From positions 96,138 through 143,206 of the forward strand of contig NMRA01000793.1 in assembly GCA_002633005.1 (NCBI GenBank): a stretch of 47,069 nt of DNA, written 5' to 3'. Within the stretch, counting starts at the first letter, position 1, and every line of letters begins with the position of its first letter. Shown here one piece after another: positions 23,920 to 35,399 of the stretch. The translations under genes were made by a program, and so were the position numbers. The notes beneath the pieces are model-generated. The model saw nothing but the letters and a program-made list of their open reading frames with translations. It did no database searches and was not told the DNA's origin. The DNA is from Phoronis australis. Taxonomy: Eukaryota; Animalia; Phoronida.

Positions 23920-26559
23920 CTTGGAGAGCAAGATGAGAAAAACTCACCTGGTCTCTAACAGTACAGCTCTCGGACTGCTGTTTATAACTTAGAAAGTGTC
24001 AACTTACCGACTCCCTGCAGACTGGTAGCCAGGGGGGTTCGGGGGGTTCGATTGAACTCCCCCCGGCGGAAATGATCCAGCTCCGATCTATCCGTTAAAG
24101 ATGGGATATAGGTGGACAACAACAACAAAATTGTTGCAGTTACTGGTACTACTAACTACCATGATAACTAAGTCACTAATAATTTTGAATTTAGTTCACG
24201 TAATTATGTGGCCGTACCCGGTCAAATTTGTCTGAATGGTGCTTGATGATAGATCGTGCACATACCGGGAATAATACGCTTACAAGGAAGTCACGCGTTT
24301 CTAAAAATATGCGGAAATTTTCACCGCTCGTCCTTCTGAGCGACTTGTACCAGGATCAAAGAGGGCGCGGCGGCGCCGGAATCAGGTACAGTTGTGATGA
24401 CCGCATTGCCCAATGCAAGCAAGACCCAAGTAAATATAATTTACCGACCATAAACTGTATTAAACATCTCTGACTGTAACTAATGGCGAAATTTCAAAAT
24501 GCATTAACCACTAATTTTCGTTATAAACGTAAACCACGGCGGTATTCAGCTGGAAAAAAACAACCAAGTACGGTTTTTGATTTTTAAAAATCGATGAACT
24601 AATAATCTAAAAACTACAACTATTTGGTACGATTTCAGATAAACAACCGCGCGTATTGACATACTCGGTGGATATAAAAACGCTGATCAGAGTTAACAAT
24701 ATCACATGGATTCATTTTTTAATATTCTTTCAATCTCGTTTAACCAGATTTCTGACCAGGAAACAGTTGCTGTGCACACTTCATTTTTTATTGCAGAGAA
24801 AGACCTAGAATAGTTATATAGTGAGTGCCGACGAAATTGTACAGAGATACCAAATCTTCAGTTTGGTTATCACCATGTTTGCACTTTTGTACATATTTTA
24901 TGATCTGAGTTCTAATAAAGATTAAACTTTAATGACACGTGAAATGTTTAGTGTACCTGTAATGTGGTAAGTTTAGGGATGGACTCACAATGAACTTAAG
25001 TAATTAACTTTAGCTGGCGATCAAATCTACCTCTGTTTGGTACTTCAATGTCAAAATTTAGATAAAAAGTTATCAACCCCTTCCCGGTAAGAAAAAAAAA
25101 CAAGTGGGCAGAAGCATTAAAAATTAAATGAAGAAAACCAATATGAAACTTATCGTTTTTTTAGGAAATAGTCCTTTGGGAAGATAAACACAAGTTGACT
25201 TTTTTAGTCATTTGTAATGTACCAAGTTAGAACTACTCGTCAGAGTTGCAAGCTGTAACTCTGCAAATGTCAGAGAATACCAACTCGGGGGTACTAACAA
25301 CAACCATTGTTGAGACAGTAATGCTAGCATTTACCTTTCCACTTCATTAGCTCAGATCTACATCAACACAAAGGGCGTGCTGAATAGGCCTCGTAAAAGT
25401 TGTATGGGGCTTAGGGAATCAGAGCGGTCACCGGTGTAAACGAGAAATCCTTTCCGAAAACTCTACTGTGTCGACGTTTGTAAAATATCAAAGGTCCACT
25501 GTACAAGAAATTCGAACCACTCCCTGCGCAATGATGGCTACGGGCCTGCCCTGTTATCACTACTAGTAGTAATAGTGAACATTGGAACTTCACACCCAGC
25601 CTAGTATTCTCTACACGCTATCAATGCATTTTTATAAAATACTTAAAGACTTATCGTTAAAATATACAAAAACAACACAAAAAACAGTGTATGAGATGAC
25701 ATCGATTTTTTTCTACATCCAATATTCATGATTTTACAAAATAGGCCTAATAAGTTGATGTGAAGGTGGTGTATGAATACAAACATTGTAGTAATTTTCA
25801 TTACAGACTTTGGCGTTTTAATAAAAGCTTTTCAGTTTCATTGATGCACTTTCGAGAGCGTCATGATATTTTCGTAATAGTGGATGTACAGCTATATCAT
25901 ATATTGAGAACTTTTTCAGTTGCGCAAGTATATGCCCTTGTTTAAGATGGCCAAGCAGACGTCACTGGTGTCATCCATTTAAATGAACACCTGTGAGTAG
26001 AACAAGACACAAGATAATGGCAGATTTCAATAAAGTTGGCAACAATTGTCAAGGGAATCTTAGACATTGTTATCCTCTCTCACTAAGTCTTGATCAGCTA
26101 TAAAATCGCACTTTTGTTTGATTCTTATTAGAGCAAATAAAAGTATCTCTGGCCTTAAAAGTGGCAGTCCCACGTGGTCATCTGGTTGTTTCCTACTCTT
26201 TTATTTTAGATTTTGTTGCAGGGAACACGTCTAAAATCTGAAAAGCTACATTTCTCTGAAAAAAGCTAAACTCTGAAGTTTCTAAAGAGCTTTCTATAAA
26301 TTAAAACAATTTGGCTATGGGAAAAAGTTCACTAATAAAATTCAATGCCAGTCAAAATTCCAACTGCTTAATACTTTATCAACTTATGAATAATGAGAAC
26401 AAAAAAATATTAATTTACAAGCGACATTTAAAAAACTTGTTGTTGAAAAAAAGAAGAATACTCCACTCTATATGAAACTTGAACAACTCAGATTATTCAA
26501 GCGCAAAAATAATTTCCTCGGTTTTTTGGACGTAAAGTCCTACTTAGGTCAGATTCTTC

Positions 26560-27060
26560 TGCATGTTAATCAAACTTGTGCATTACCACAATATTGTAAT
26601 TTTGTCATAATTGTTCATTTGTTTGGGTTTGTTTTGGACTACTAGAGTCTGCCTGTCATCACTCAAAAGTCCCTCAGACCCTATGTTGGTGCCAGGCATG
26701 ACATGGTTTTCAAACTGGTCTTGTTATCTCTTAGTTTCCTAAGTTGTCTCTTATTGAATCATAACTGTTCGCTTTGGATTTACTTTTATGTTAGCACAGC
26801 AAAAGATTTCAGATATGCTTCTGTCAACTTGCTTTGTTTTCTGTCGAGTAACTTCTATGGCCCATCCAGCCTGAGTTTCCATGTGATGTCAGTACTGCTC
26901 TTTTCTGTAGTAAGCATGTTGATGTCGCAGACCAAGTAGGTCACCCGTTCAAACTTGGTCTGGTGACCTATTTGCTCTACGACTTTGACACATTGCCCAT
27001 TCGAAGAAGCATTGCTTGCAAGAGACAGGATGACCATTAACATATGTTGCAGAAACAGTG
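26560..27060 (-). pseudogene. Possible decayed signal-peptide plus Ig-like domain coding segment
   Basis: MLMVILSLASNASSNGQC...VTYLVCD...TDITWKL has Ig-like Cys...Trp spacing. A later frame reads LLSDDRQTLVVQN...W*C. Multiple stops. Confidence 0.3.
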
Positions 27061-27722
27061 GTAGTCGCTTTCTGTATGTCAGGGCACAAGTGATTTCGAT
27101 TCAATTAAGTGTCGCAGAATAAAACCGTGGTCTTAACACATTTTATCTATTCCCGTTTACATGACGCAAACACTTGAAGTGTATTGCACAGGTGTATGTC
27201 TTGCACAATTATTTTGCTGTGCAGTCATTCTGACATGCGTGTATGGCGTGTATGTGCATGCAACAGTGTGTGTACATCGTTCCTATTCTACATCAATTTG
27301 TCATGTTCTCTTTTACACCACTATACTTCTATTTAAATAAGTGAAATACAACTACCGTTATTATGCATCCATGTTATTTTTGTCAATGTTTGCAATTACC
27401 TCTCAGTGATGCATGTTAAATTTTTACAATGTATTCAGTTCCTGAAACTTTGGTTCAAATTGTGTCTCAACGTGGTCGTCACTATTTCTTTTATAAAAAG
27501 TTATGGAGAAACGGAGATTGTTTATTTTATACAAGCTTAGTTGTTAGAACTACAAGCAGTAGTTGATTTTACTGTCATTTATTCAAGTTGGACTTTCCTG
27601 AGTCCTGATTTGATCTGTAGGTTTTGAAATTTTTCCACTGACGTTGTGCAATGCTTTGTTTAACATTTGTATAAATAATAATGCGATTCTGAGTACTTAA
27701 AACTGGTATTTCGTGTTTTCAG

Positions 27723-27771
27723 CTGTCTCACTGGTTCATCTGTATAATAATCGGCGTTCGCATTTACCACA
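27723..27771 (+). CDS. Candidate small internal exon
   Basis: Acceptor tttcgtgttttcag and donor gtaag. Open in phase 1 (VSLVHLYNNRRSHLP), compatible with the 12771 donor phase. No homology support. Confidence 0.25.
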
Positions 27772-28664
27772 GTAAGCTTGGTTATGAACTGTCCTTTTGG
27801 TTTTTATCTCTCAAACTGTTTATTAAACTGATGCACCTGGTCAAAAGCAGTTCCATCCATTCATGTGTGGTTTTGGAGTATGGGTGTGATGTGTCTGTCA
27901 GCAATTAGCCAGGTGCTTATTGTAGTTAGATATTTTGTAATGATAAGGGTCTGAAAAGTTTGAGACCATGTGAACAATCGTCAGGAGGTGGGGAATACAC
28001 CCATAAAACATTCAACACATTTAAAAGTACATGTGCGGGAATTAGAAACCCATTGCTGCAGTGGCTTCAGTGATGAAAAAGCAGTGGACATGTACAGAGA
28101 ATTCACCTGAAGTCAGCCGAACAAATCACAACCAATAAAAATCGGGTCAATTGGACTCACCCACTTGCTCTGACCTCAGTTATAGTGCACAAGTGCTGTG
28201 TGTATGATTTAGAATAAGAAAGACATCCTAATATTCATTTTGTTATTGTCTAATGCTGTAATGTGAAGTTCAATTGCTATTTCTCTGTTTGGATAGTAAA
28301 TAAAACCAAAGTGACTTCCCATCACTTGTTCCAATGACCGGGTTCCAGGATATTGGAACTGCAAATGTGGGGGGAAGCATGCTCTACAATATTAATATGA
28401 CACATGACAACTTAGAGATTTTTATTTATACTAGTGGGAGAAAGACGATATTTTTGTTTTTTGATGACAGATTGTCAGACAAAATTCCCATTATATGATA
28501 AAATGACGTTTGAAAGAGACTGTTGATCACTTTTAACATCTAATTTCAATCTTGACTCCCACCCCATATATTTGAGACTGGACCAACCAGGAACGTTATT
28601 GCATGCTCTGGCTATAAGTATCAAGTTATCCTTTGAACCAACTTAGGTGTGTTATCGTAAAAAC

Positions 28665-30815
28665 CTAGAAAGATTATTGTCAAGGCGTGACAATGGAGTT
28701 TGCTCGTGCGTATTACTGTTTTTTTATGTGAAGCTATTGACAACAATATGAAAAAGAATTCTTTAAAGCTGTAGGAGGAATTACATGTGGATTATTTGAT
28801 GACCTTTGCACTAATTGACCCCTTCCGGTACATTATGAGTCCCGATGAGGAAACAAGTGTAAACTCTATGAATAATGAGACTGATGCTAAGAATTACAGA
28901 TGTATTACTTTAAGCATTTTAGAATATAAGATGAATTAAGTGGTCAAATTTTCAGAAGAAAAATGCACCTAATGACTCCACATGGTTGCACCAATTGACC
29001 TGAAACTTTAGAATTCAAACTCAATTGCATTTACTGAACAGATATGTAAATTGAAGTCTCTAGCTCAAAATATGAGTTTGCACTCAGTGACCTTTGACCT
29101 ATTTTTTTCTGATGGGATTGGCCTATTGCTTAGTAAAGTAGGGTGTTTGATTGGCATATTGGTTTACACCAGCGTGCTGAAATTGAGAAGAATGCCTTGA
29201 AAAATGTAGGTGAAATAACAATTTGAACATTAGGTGACCTTTGCACCAATTGACTCTATCCGGTGCATTGTAAGCCTCTTTATGCTAATGATTGCAAAGT
29301 CTGTGAAAAGTGTGAGAATCACAGTTGTCTAACTGGTGACACATGAGTATACTTGGTGAATGAAAAGGACAAATTTCCAGAAGAAAAATGCACCTAATGA
29401 CCCCATGGTTTCACTAAATAACCTGAAACTTTGGATTTCGAATTGAGTTACATGTACCTGATTAGACATGTGAATTTGAAGTGTCTAGCTCAAAACTTTA
29501 GTTTGCACCTCAATGACCTTTGACCTGTTTTTTTCTGGTTGGACGACTTGGTTCCTTAGAAAAGTAATTTTTAAATTGTCTTTTGATATATATCTGTGCA
29601 CCAAATTTGAAAAAGATAGCTTTAAAACTGAAGAACTAGTAGCATGTGGAAAATTATATGACCTTTGCACCAAACGACCCCTTCCGATGCAATATGGAAT
29701 ATGATCATAGAACGAATCAAAATTTATGGACTGCCAAAGATCATACATGTATGCTAAAGTTAAGAAGCCTCGAAGTTGGTCGGAAGAAGAATAAGAAGAA
29801 TAAGAGCTAGAATGCAATTGCGTATGCGCACTTAGAACTGTGCGCATGGTGTATGCATGTGCATAATGAATTATAGGTGCATTACATTGCACAAAAATTG
29901 CATCCTTTGTGTGTGAAAGAGAGAGATGTCCCTGGTAACTATGAAAGAGCAAGAGTGAAAAGTAAGAATATCAACGGAAAACTACATCTAATGACCCCAC
30001 AGTTGCACCTAATGACCCCAAAGTTTGTGACTGAATTTCCTTTACGTATGAAAACTATATACGTGATTATGTAAGGTCTATCTCAAAAATCACTTTTGCA
30101 CTTAATGACCTTTGACACGAAAACTCGGTTCCCTTTATCTGATTAAAATTCCAAGTAAATTTCGGGTGCACTTCTCTAGTGCCTGCTTGTTGTCAAAATT
30201 CGGAGATTCTATCTAAAAACCTGTAGAAGAAGAAGCAATTTGACCTAATGCACTCCTTGACCCGTTTTGGGTCTTTTCGGTGCATTTTAAGTCAAATCCA
30301 AGTGATCAATAGAATTAGATTGGCTATTGGTTAAACGGCCATGAATATGAAACCTCTGAATAATGAATACTGTAAGAACGAGCTGATTGAAAAGATTTAA
30401 ATTTAACAGAAAACTGCACTTAATGATCCGACAGTTGCATCTAATGACCTCAAATTCTGTGACTGAATTTCCTTTGTGACTGGAAGCCACATGCATGATT
30501 ATGAAAGGTCTAGGTCAAAAATAACTTTTGTACTTAATGTCCTTTGACACGGAAACTAAGTTCCCTTGGTCCGATTGGAAATCCGTGTAAATTTCTGATG
30601 CACTTCTTTAGTTCCTACTTGTTAACTAAGTTCAAAGATTCTATATAAAAACCTGTAGAGAAAGAACCATTTTGACGGAATGCATTACCTAGAACAGTAA
30701 AACTCTGCGCTTGCACGCGCAGAGTAATAAGAAGATAAAATACGTAGAACAGTAATAAGATTGACGAAAAACCAGGAACAACAGTATTCTGCGCTTGCAC
30801 GCGTTGAGTAATAAT
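28665..30815 (-). mobile_element. Helitron/Helentron-like array, same family as 13790-18517, inverted
   Basis: The reverse complement shows hairpin attgtca-cgcct-tgacaat plus CTAG at 28665-28695, the same gaccttt/gcacctaatgacc modules, and the 5' motif gcgcagaatactgttgttcctgg at about 30772-30794. Confidence 0.7.
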
Positions 30816-30894
30816 CCAACAGATGCTTCCGCTTTAGACTAGACAGTGCGCCACGTGATTAAACTTTGTGTTGGTGTGAATGTGTGTTTCAAAC
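30164..30894. repeat. Copy 1 of a near-identical 0.73-kb direct duplication
   Basis: Matches 32155-32888 with few substitutions and one 3-bp indel. Confidence 0.95.
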
Positions 30895-31860
30895 TGATAG
30901 TTTACTGATGAAATAGATCCTCATACTATAGACCGGGCGCACGCGCTACTGCAGCTGACAACTTGACGCCATATTGGAGAGTGCTACCAGTCACGTGACA
31001 CGGCTAATTGCCATGTAAACAAACAGGGCAAATTGCTCTATTCAAAAAGCGCGATATCTAACAAATAAAGAAGCGGAACAGTGTGTTTTTTCCAGAAACA
31101 TAAAAAACATGTGATGTCGCACTTACATGCATTTTTTAAGTGTCAATCGGTCGATAGGGTAATATCAAGCTAACAGAAGATCGCAACCAGTGGCAGATTC
31201 TTGAATTGTCTGAGCGGCTGCATGCTTGTTATCCACAGCGAGCGTTTTTCTCAAGAGAAACCAGTAAGATCGCGCAAATTTATCGTTTAATTCGTGTCGC
31301 TCGATGCAAATACATTATATTCAGGAGACATGCTGCTCACTTGGGACGTACTTTTGTTGTGCCCCAATAAGCCTTAGTTTTCAGTATTGAAAATGACCTC
31401 GGGTAACTACGTAAAATTGAAATACATGTAAGACCAGGTCGCATTTAATGGATTGTCTAAATTGGTTGGGAACTAACATTGTTATAAATTACCTCGTTGG
31501 AGTCATATAGATAAATGACATGTTTTTATAAAGTTCATTAGGGCGTTCTCCCGTCCCGTGACTTTACCAGACGGGCAGTGGTTATGAGCTTGTGATAACA
31601 TCTAGCCCTTTTGTAAACTGCCGAGCACAGTCTTTTGTCTGGTATGGCAACGTGCAGATCAATTATCTACCAGGTTTATTACCGATCACATGTGAACACA
31701 ATCAAAGCCAGTGCGTTGGTACGTTCGAATAGAATAGATTGTCTTAACTTTGATTGTATTGTTGGGCGATTTTGATGATTCAGTATTTGATGAGGAATTT
31801 AGAAATGTCATTGGTTTATGTTCAAACATTTTATAAATTAACTTATTTTTAACACCACAG

Positions 31861-32030
31861 CCCAGTGAGTCAATAAGATATGTTCTTATTGGAGATTCGA
31901 GCAACTATAGAATAAAAGAGAGCTGACCCTCCAACCCCAATTGCTAGAATGGACTTACTTAGTCGTTGGTGTAAAATATTGGCTATGTACAGCGGTCATC
32001 CGCCCAACTTGTGCTATACAACCTAATAAG
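31861..32030 (+). pseudogene. Decayed exon-like segment with a GDS motif (copy A)
   Basis: After a cacag acceptor it reads PSESIRYVLIGDSSNYRIKES*PSNPNC*NG. Homologous to 32893-33135. Confidence 0.3.
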
Positions 32031-32120
32031 TTAGACTAAAGGGGAGAAGTCTGTAATGTAAAAAGCAAAGAAAGCAGACTCAATTCCTCTCCTGTGCATC
32101 GCTCGGGATTGCCAACGGAC

Positions 32121-32153
<33 letters not shown>
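32121..32153. repeat. (TA)n(TG)n microsatellite abutting a single-N join
   Basis: atatatatatatatatatgtgtgtgtgtgtgtg followed by n at 32154. Confidence 0.95.
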
Positions 32154-32154
32154 N

Positions 32155-32888
32155 GGGTGCACTTCTCTAGTGCCTGCTTGTTGTCAAAATTCGGAGATTC
32201 TATCTAAAAACCTGTAGAAGAAGAAGAAGCAATTTGAGCGAATGCACTCCTTGACCCGTTTTGGGTCTTTCCGGTGCATTTTAAGTCAAATCCAAGTGAT
32301 CAATAGCATTAGATTGGCTATTGGTTAAACCGCCATGAATATGAAACCTCTGAATAATGAATACTGTAAGAACGAGCTGATTGAAAAGATTTAAATTTAA
32401 CAGAAAACTGCACTTAATGATCCGACAGTTGCATCTAATGACCACAAATTCTGTGACTGAATTTCCTTTGTGACTGGAAGCCACATGCATGATTATGAAA
32501 GGTCTAAGTCAAAAATAACTTTTGTACTTAATGTCCTTTGACACGGAAACTGAGTTCCCTTGGTCCGATTGGAAATCCGTGTAAATTTCTGATGCACTTC
32601 TTTAGTTCCTACTTGTTAACTAAGTTCAAAGATTCTATATAAAAACCTGTAGAGAAAGAACCATTTTGACGGAATGCATTACGTAGAACAGTAAAACTCT
32701 GCGCTTGCACGCGCAGAGTAATAAGAAGATAAAATACGTAGAACAGTAATAAGATTGACGAAAAACCAGGAACAACAGTATTCTGCGCTTGCACGCGTTG
32801 AGTAATAATCCAACAGATGCTTCCGCTTTAGACTAGACAGTGCGCCACGTGATTAAACTTTGTGTTGGTGTGAATGTGTGTTTCAAAC
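32155..32888. repeat. Copy 2 of the 0.73-kb direct duplication
   Basis: Matches 30164-30894 and begins right after the N at 32154. Confidence 0.95.
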
Positions 32889-32892
32889 ACAG

Positions 32893-33135
32893 CCCAGTCA
32901 GGGTAGATAAGATCTTATTGGAGATTAGAGCAATTATCGAACAAAAGAGAGCTGGCCCTCCAACCATAAATGCCAAAATGGAGTTAATCAGTCGTGTAAG
33001 ATATTGGCTACAGGGGTAAACTTCCCAACTTGTTGTTGGGCTATAGAATCGAACAAGTTGGGACCAACGGGAAAACGCCGTAATATATCCTGGCACGAGC
33101 ACTGTAAAAATGGCCACTGGCAGTTGCCAAGTTAG
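32893..33135 (+). pseudogene. Decayed exon-like segment (copy B)
   Basis: DLIGD*SNYRTKESWPSNHKCQNGVNQSCKILATGVNFPTCCWAIE... aligns with copy A but has different disabling changes. Confidence 0.3.
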
Positions 33136-33399
33136 GCAACTGAACGAAGGACTGTTCGGAAAATTGTGATTGTTTCCGCTTCAGGCCAGCTTCCCCACAT
33201 CATATTCCTGTTCTGCACGCCGGCCATTCAGTACTTTCACTCCCTAATTGCGGCATATATTGAAAAACCAAGATTTCCATTGCCACGCGTTACTCAGGTG
33301 AACCCCGCACCTAATCATCCGCGTATCGAACATTGTTGAAAGATCGCCAATTGCGAGGATCACCTCTATTTACCCCCAACTCCCTGTTGCGGAGGAACC

Positions 33400-33801
33400 C
33401 ATTGGCGGATTTAGAGGAGGGCCAAGACCCCACTAAAATTCTCTCAGATTCCATTTGTCAGTTCGGGAGAGCGAAAGTCCAACAGGCCTGGCTAATACAC
33501 GCGCGCACCCAAGGGCAGGGGCTCGGGGTGCTCGAATGAGCCCTTACGCTATTTGACGAAGTGGGCAAAAAGGTCCTCCTTAAAGAAACAAAAAGAGCGA
33601 GGAAACGAGACAAAAGTCTTCAGGAATTCGTCGTGAATGCACAATGCACGGGGTTGAACCTCGTACCCAGTACTCGTTTTCTTGTTCCAGTAAAAGGTCC
33701 ACATACCGCGAAATTCGAGCCCCTCTATATTTAGACTGGGTGCGCCCATGTGATCCACCGCCTTGGCCCTTTCCTAAATCAAAATTCTGGATCCGCCACT
33801 G
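33400..33801. mobile_element. MITE with 5-bp TSD (hAT5-like) containing a nested second MITE at about 33498-33750
   Basis: TIRs cattggcggatt / gatccgccactg. TSD GAACC at 33395-33399 and 33802-33806. The inner element ends ctgggtgcgcccatg, the same family as 23674-23919. Confidence 0.85.
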
Positions 33802-34562
33802 GAACCGTTGAATAATGACGGGACGGGTTTTCACGGACTTGAGGTCATTTTTCATGGGCTAAAAATTCTTCACATTAAATTTAGACCCTGTGAAAAAACT
33901 AGCCGGGGTCATTTTTCACGGAGTCATTATTTAATGCTACACCGGGTTGGTTGGGTATATTTCCACTCGGTTTCAAGTGGGAAATTCTATATTTTGGGTA
34001 TAGGTCGGATGCGTAATTCAGTCGCACAGGTTTGATATTTTGGTTACTATGCACATTACTTTTTGCGCAAGTTTGAGTCACAAAACAAAGAGCTCATAAG
34101 CAAGCAGTGCATATCCACAAAATTTCAAATATCAACATTAATAACATAATTACAAATTTACAAATTTTGCAGGGATATGTTTGTTATAATACAACAGAAG
34201 AGATCTGATTTTGGAGTACTTATTAAGAAATGAGTTCTTAAAGCAGTATATATTTCAACAGAGGATACATTATTCACTTAGATGTACTGATTTTTATGGC
34301 TAGCGAGTAGGTTTGGGGATGTTATTTTTCAGAACAAGTAAAAATACATTTGATTGTCATTGATACCAAATATTTACTTAAGTACGATTAACATACAACA
34401 TCTTCATTGGATAACAGCATATGCTTGTCAATAATTATCTTTTAATTGATCTTATATGGTCTCAATCACCAAGACTGATGTGCAAACAACGCATAATTGC
34501 TCCGCTTAAACTATGGTGGCATAACATAAAAACTAGTGGCATCACCTATTCTTAAAATAACG

Positions 34563-34707
34563 ATGATGGTTTCGATCAAAGTTATCTATTATTTATTCTT
34601 GTCTGTCGCTGTCTTTTCGTTGACATTATACGTAACGTGGGGTAGATCTTGTAAACTCACTGGTGCCAATCGTTCCTCACTTCTGCAACAAGAAAGTTGG
34701 CCTACAC
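34563..34707 (+). CDS. First coding exon of a probable type II membrane (signal-anchor) protein, paralog 2
   Basis: MMVSIKVIYYLFLSVAVFSLTLYVTWGRSCKLTGANRSSLLQQESWPT followed by a phase-1 gtaagt donor at 34708. Paralogous to 12639-12771, including the ttaaaa..cgATG context. Confidence 0.7.
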
Positions 34708-35399
34708 GTAAGTACCAAAAGGATATCACTGCGCGAAATGCTACCGTGAGGTTCACCAAGTGTTGTCAAAATCGAGTGTGCAAACAGTATTCCGTGGGTG
34801 CATAGGGAATTCACGATATTACACTCTTGTTAAATTATTCAAACGCGTTCTTTGTAATAACATAACTTTGCCGTATTATGCAGTGTTCATTATCAGAAAT
34901 ATGCCCTACGCCATTTTGTAGATTTCAATCGTGAATATTTGCTATTCCTAACGCAAAGACAACTCCTGTGAGAATTTTTTTTTTCGGTTAAGTATTTTTA
35001 TTTTCTCTAGCATGGGTATTTACAATTTCCACGACACAATAAACAATACAGTATACAAGTACATTAGTTGCAACAAATTATCATCAAGTATCACAATTTG
35101 GTATACAGAACAGAAATACAGATATGTAAGAAAAAAATCAAGCCATTCTCACCCTTAACATACACGCCACACGCACCCGCCACCCCCCCAACCTACTCTT
35201 AGTAGGATGTTGTCAGGCAAAAGTTATGGTTAACCAGTTTCTCCAGGTTGCATGGTATTCATCTAAATTACCATTATTTAATAAAATCCTGTGAGAATTA
35301 GAGTGATTATTATGCCTTGCATTCTTGGCACGTTGTATTGTTATCCGTTTAAGTGAGAGGCTGCTTGACATTGGAAGTATTCTGGCGAGTAATGGAATA

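Larger units (their letters stand above)
20722..23990 (+). pseudogene. Decayed RAG1-related transposase (Chapaev / N-RAG-TP-like)
   Basis: Motifs in order across frameshifts: HQQTISYLCLICLG...FEIDIRSDDRNRHSEYFCSKC; CEIC...KGGRP; LQLKCTKC...H....H; MPHDEI*IKIGGYKGGGSFKLSFQI...PNS; VFACFEALD; GD*EY...GASGTYTCFPC; PYLHIT*G; RQAYH/GKSFIGNYC; KQHLLEDYVIPF; GLGLLG|EQ. Confidence 0.85.

Noticed and set aside
30287-32794. Duplicated small ORFs MHVASSHK... and MQAQNTVV... as a gene pair
   Set aside because: They lie within the duplicated Helentron-like repeat and show no coding signature.
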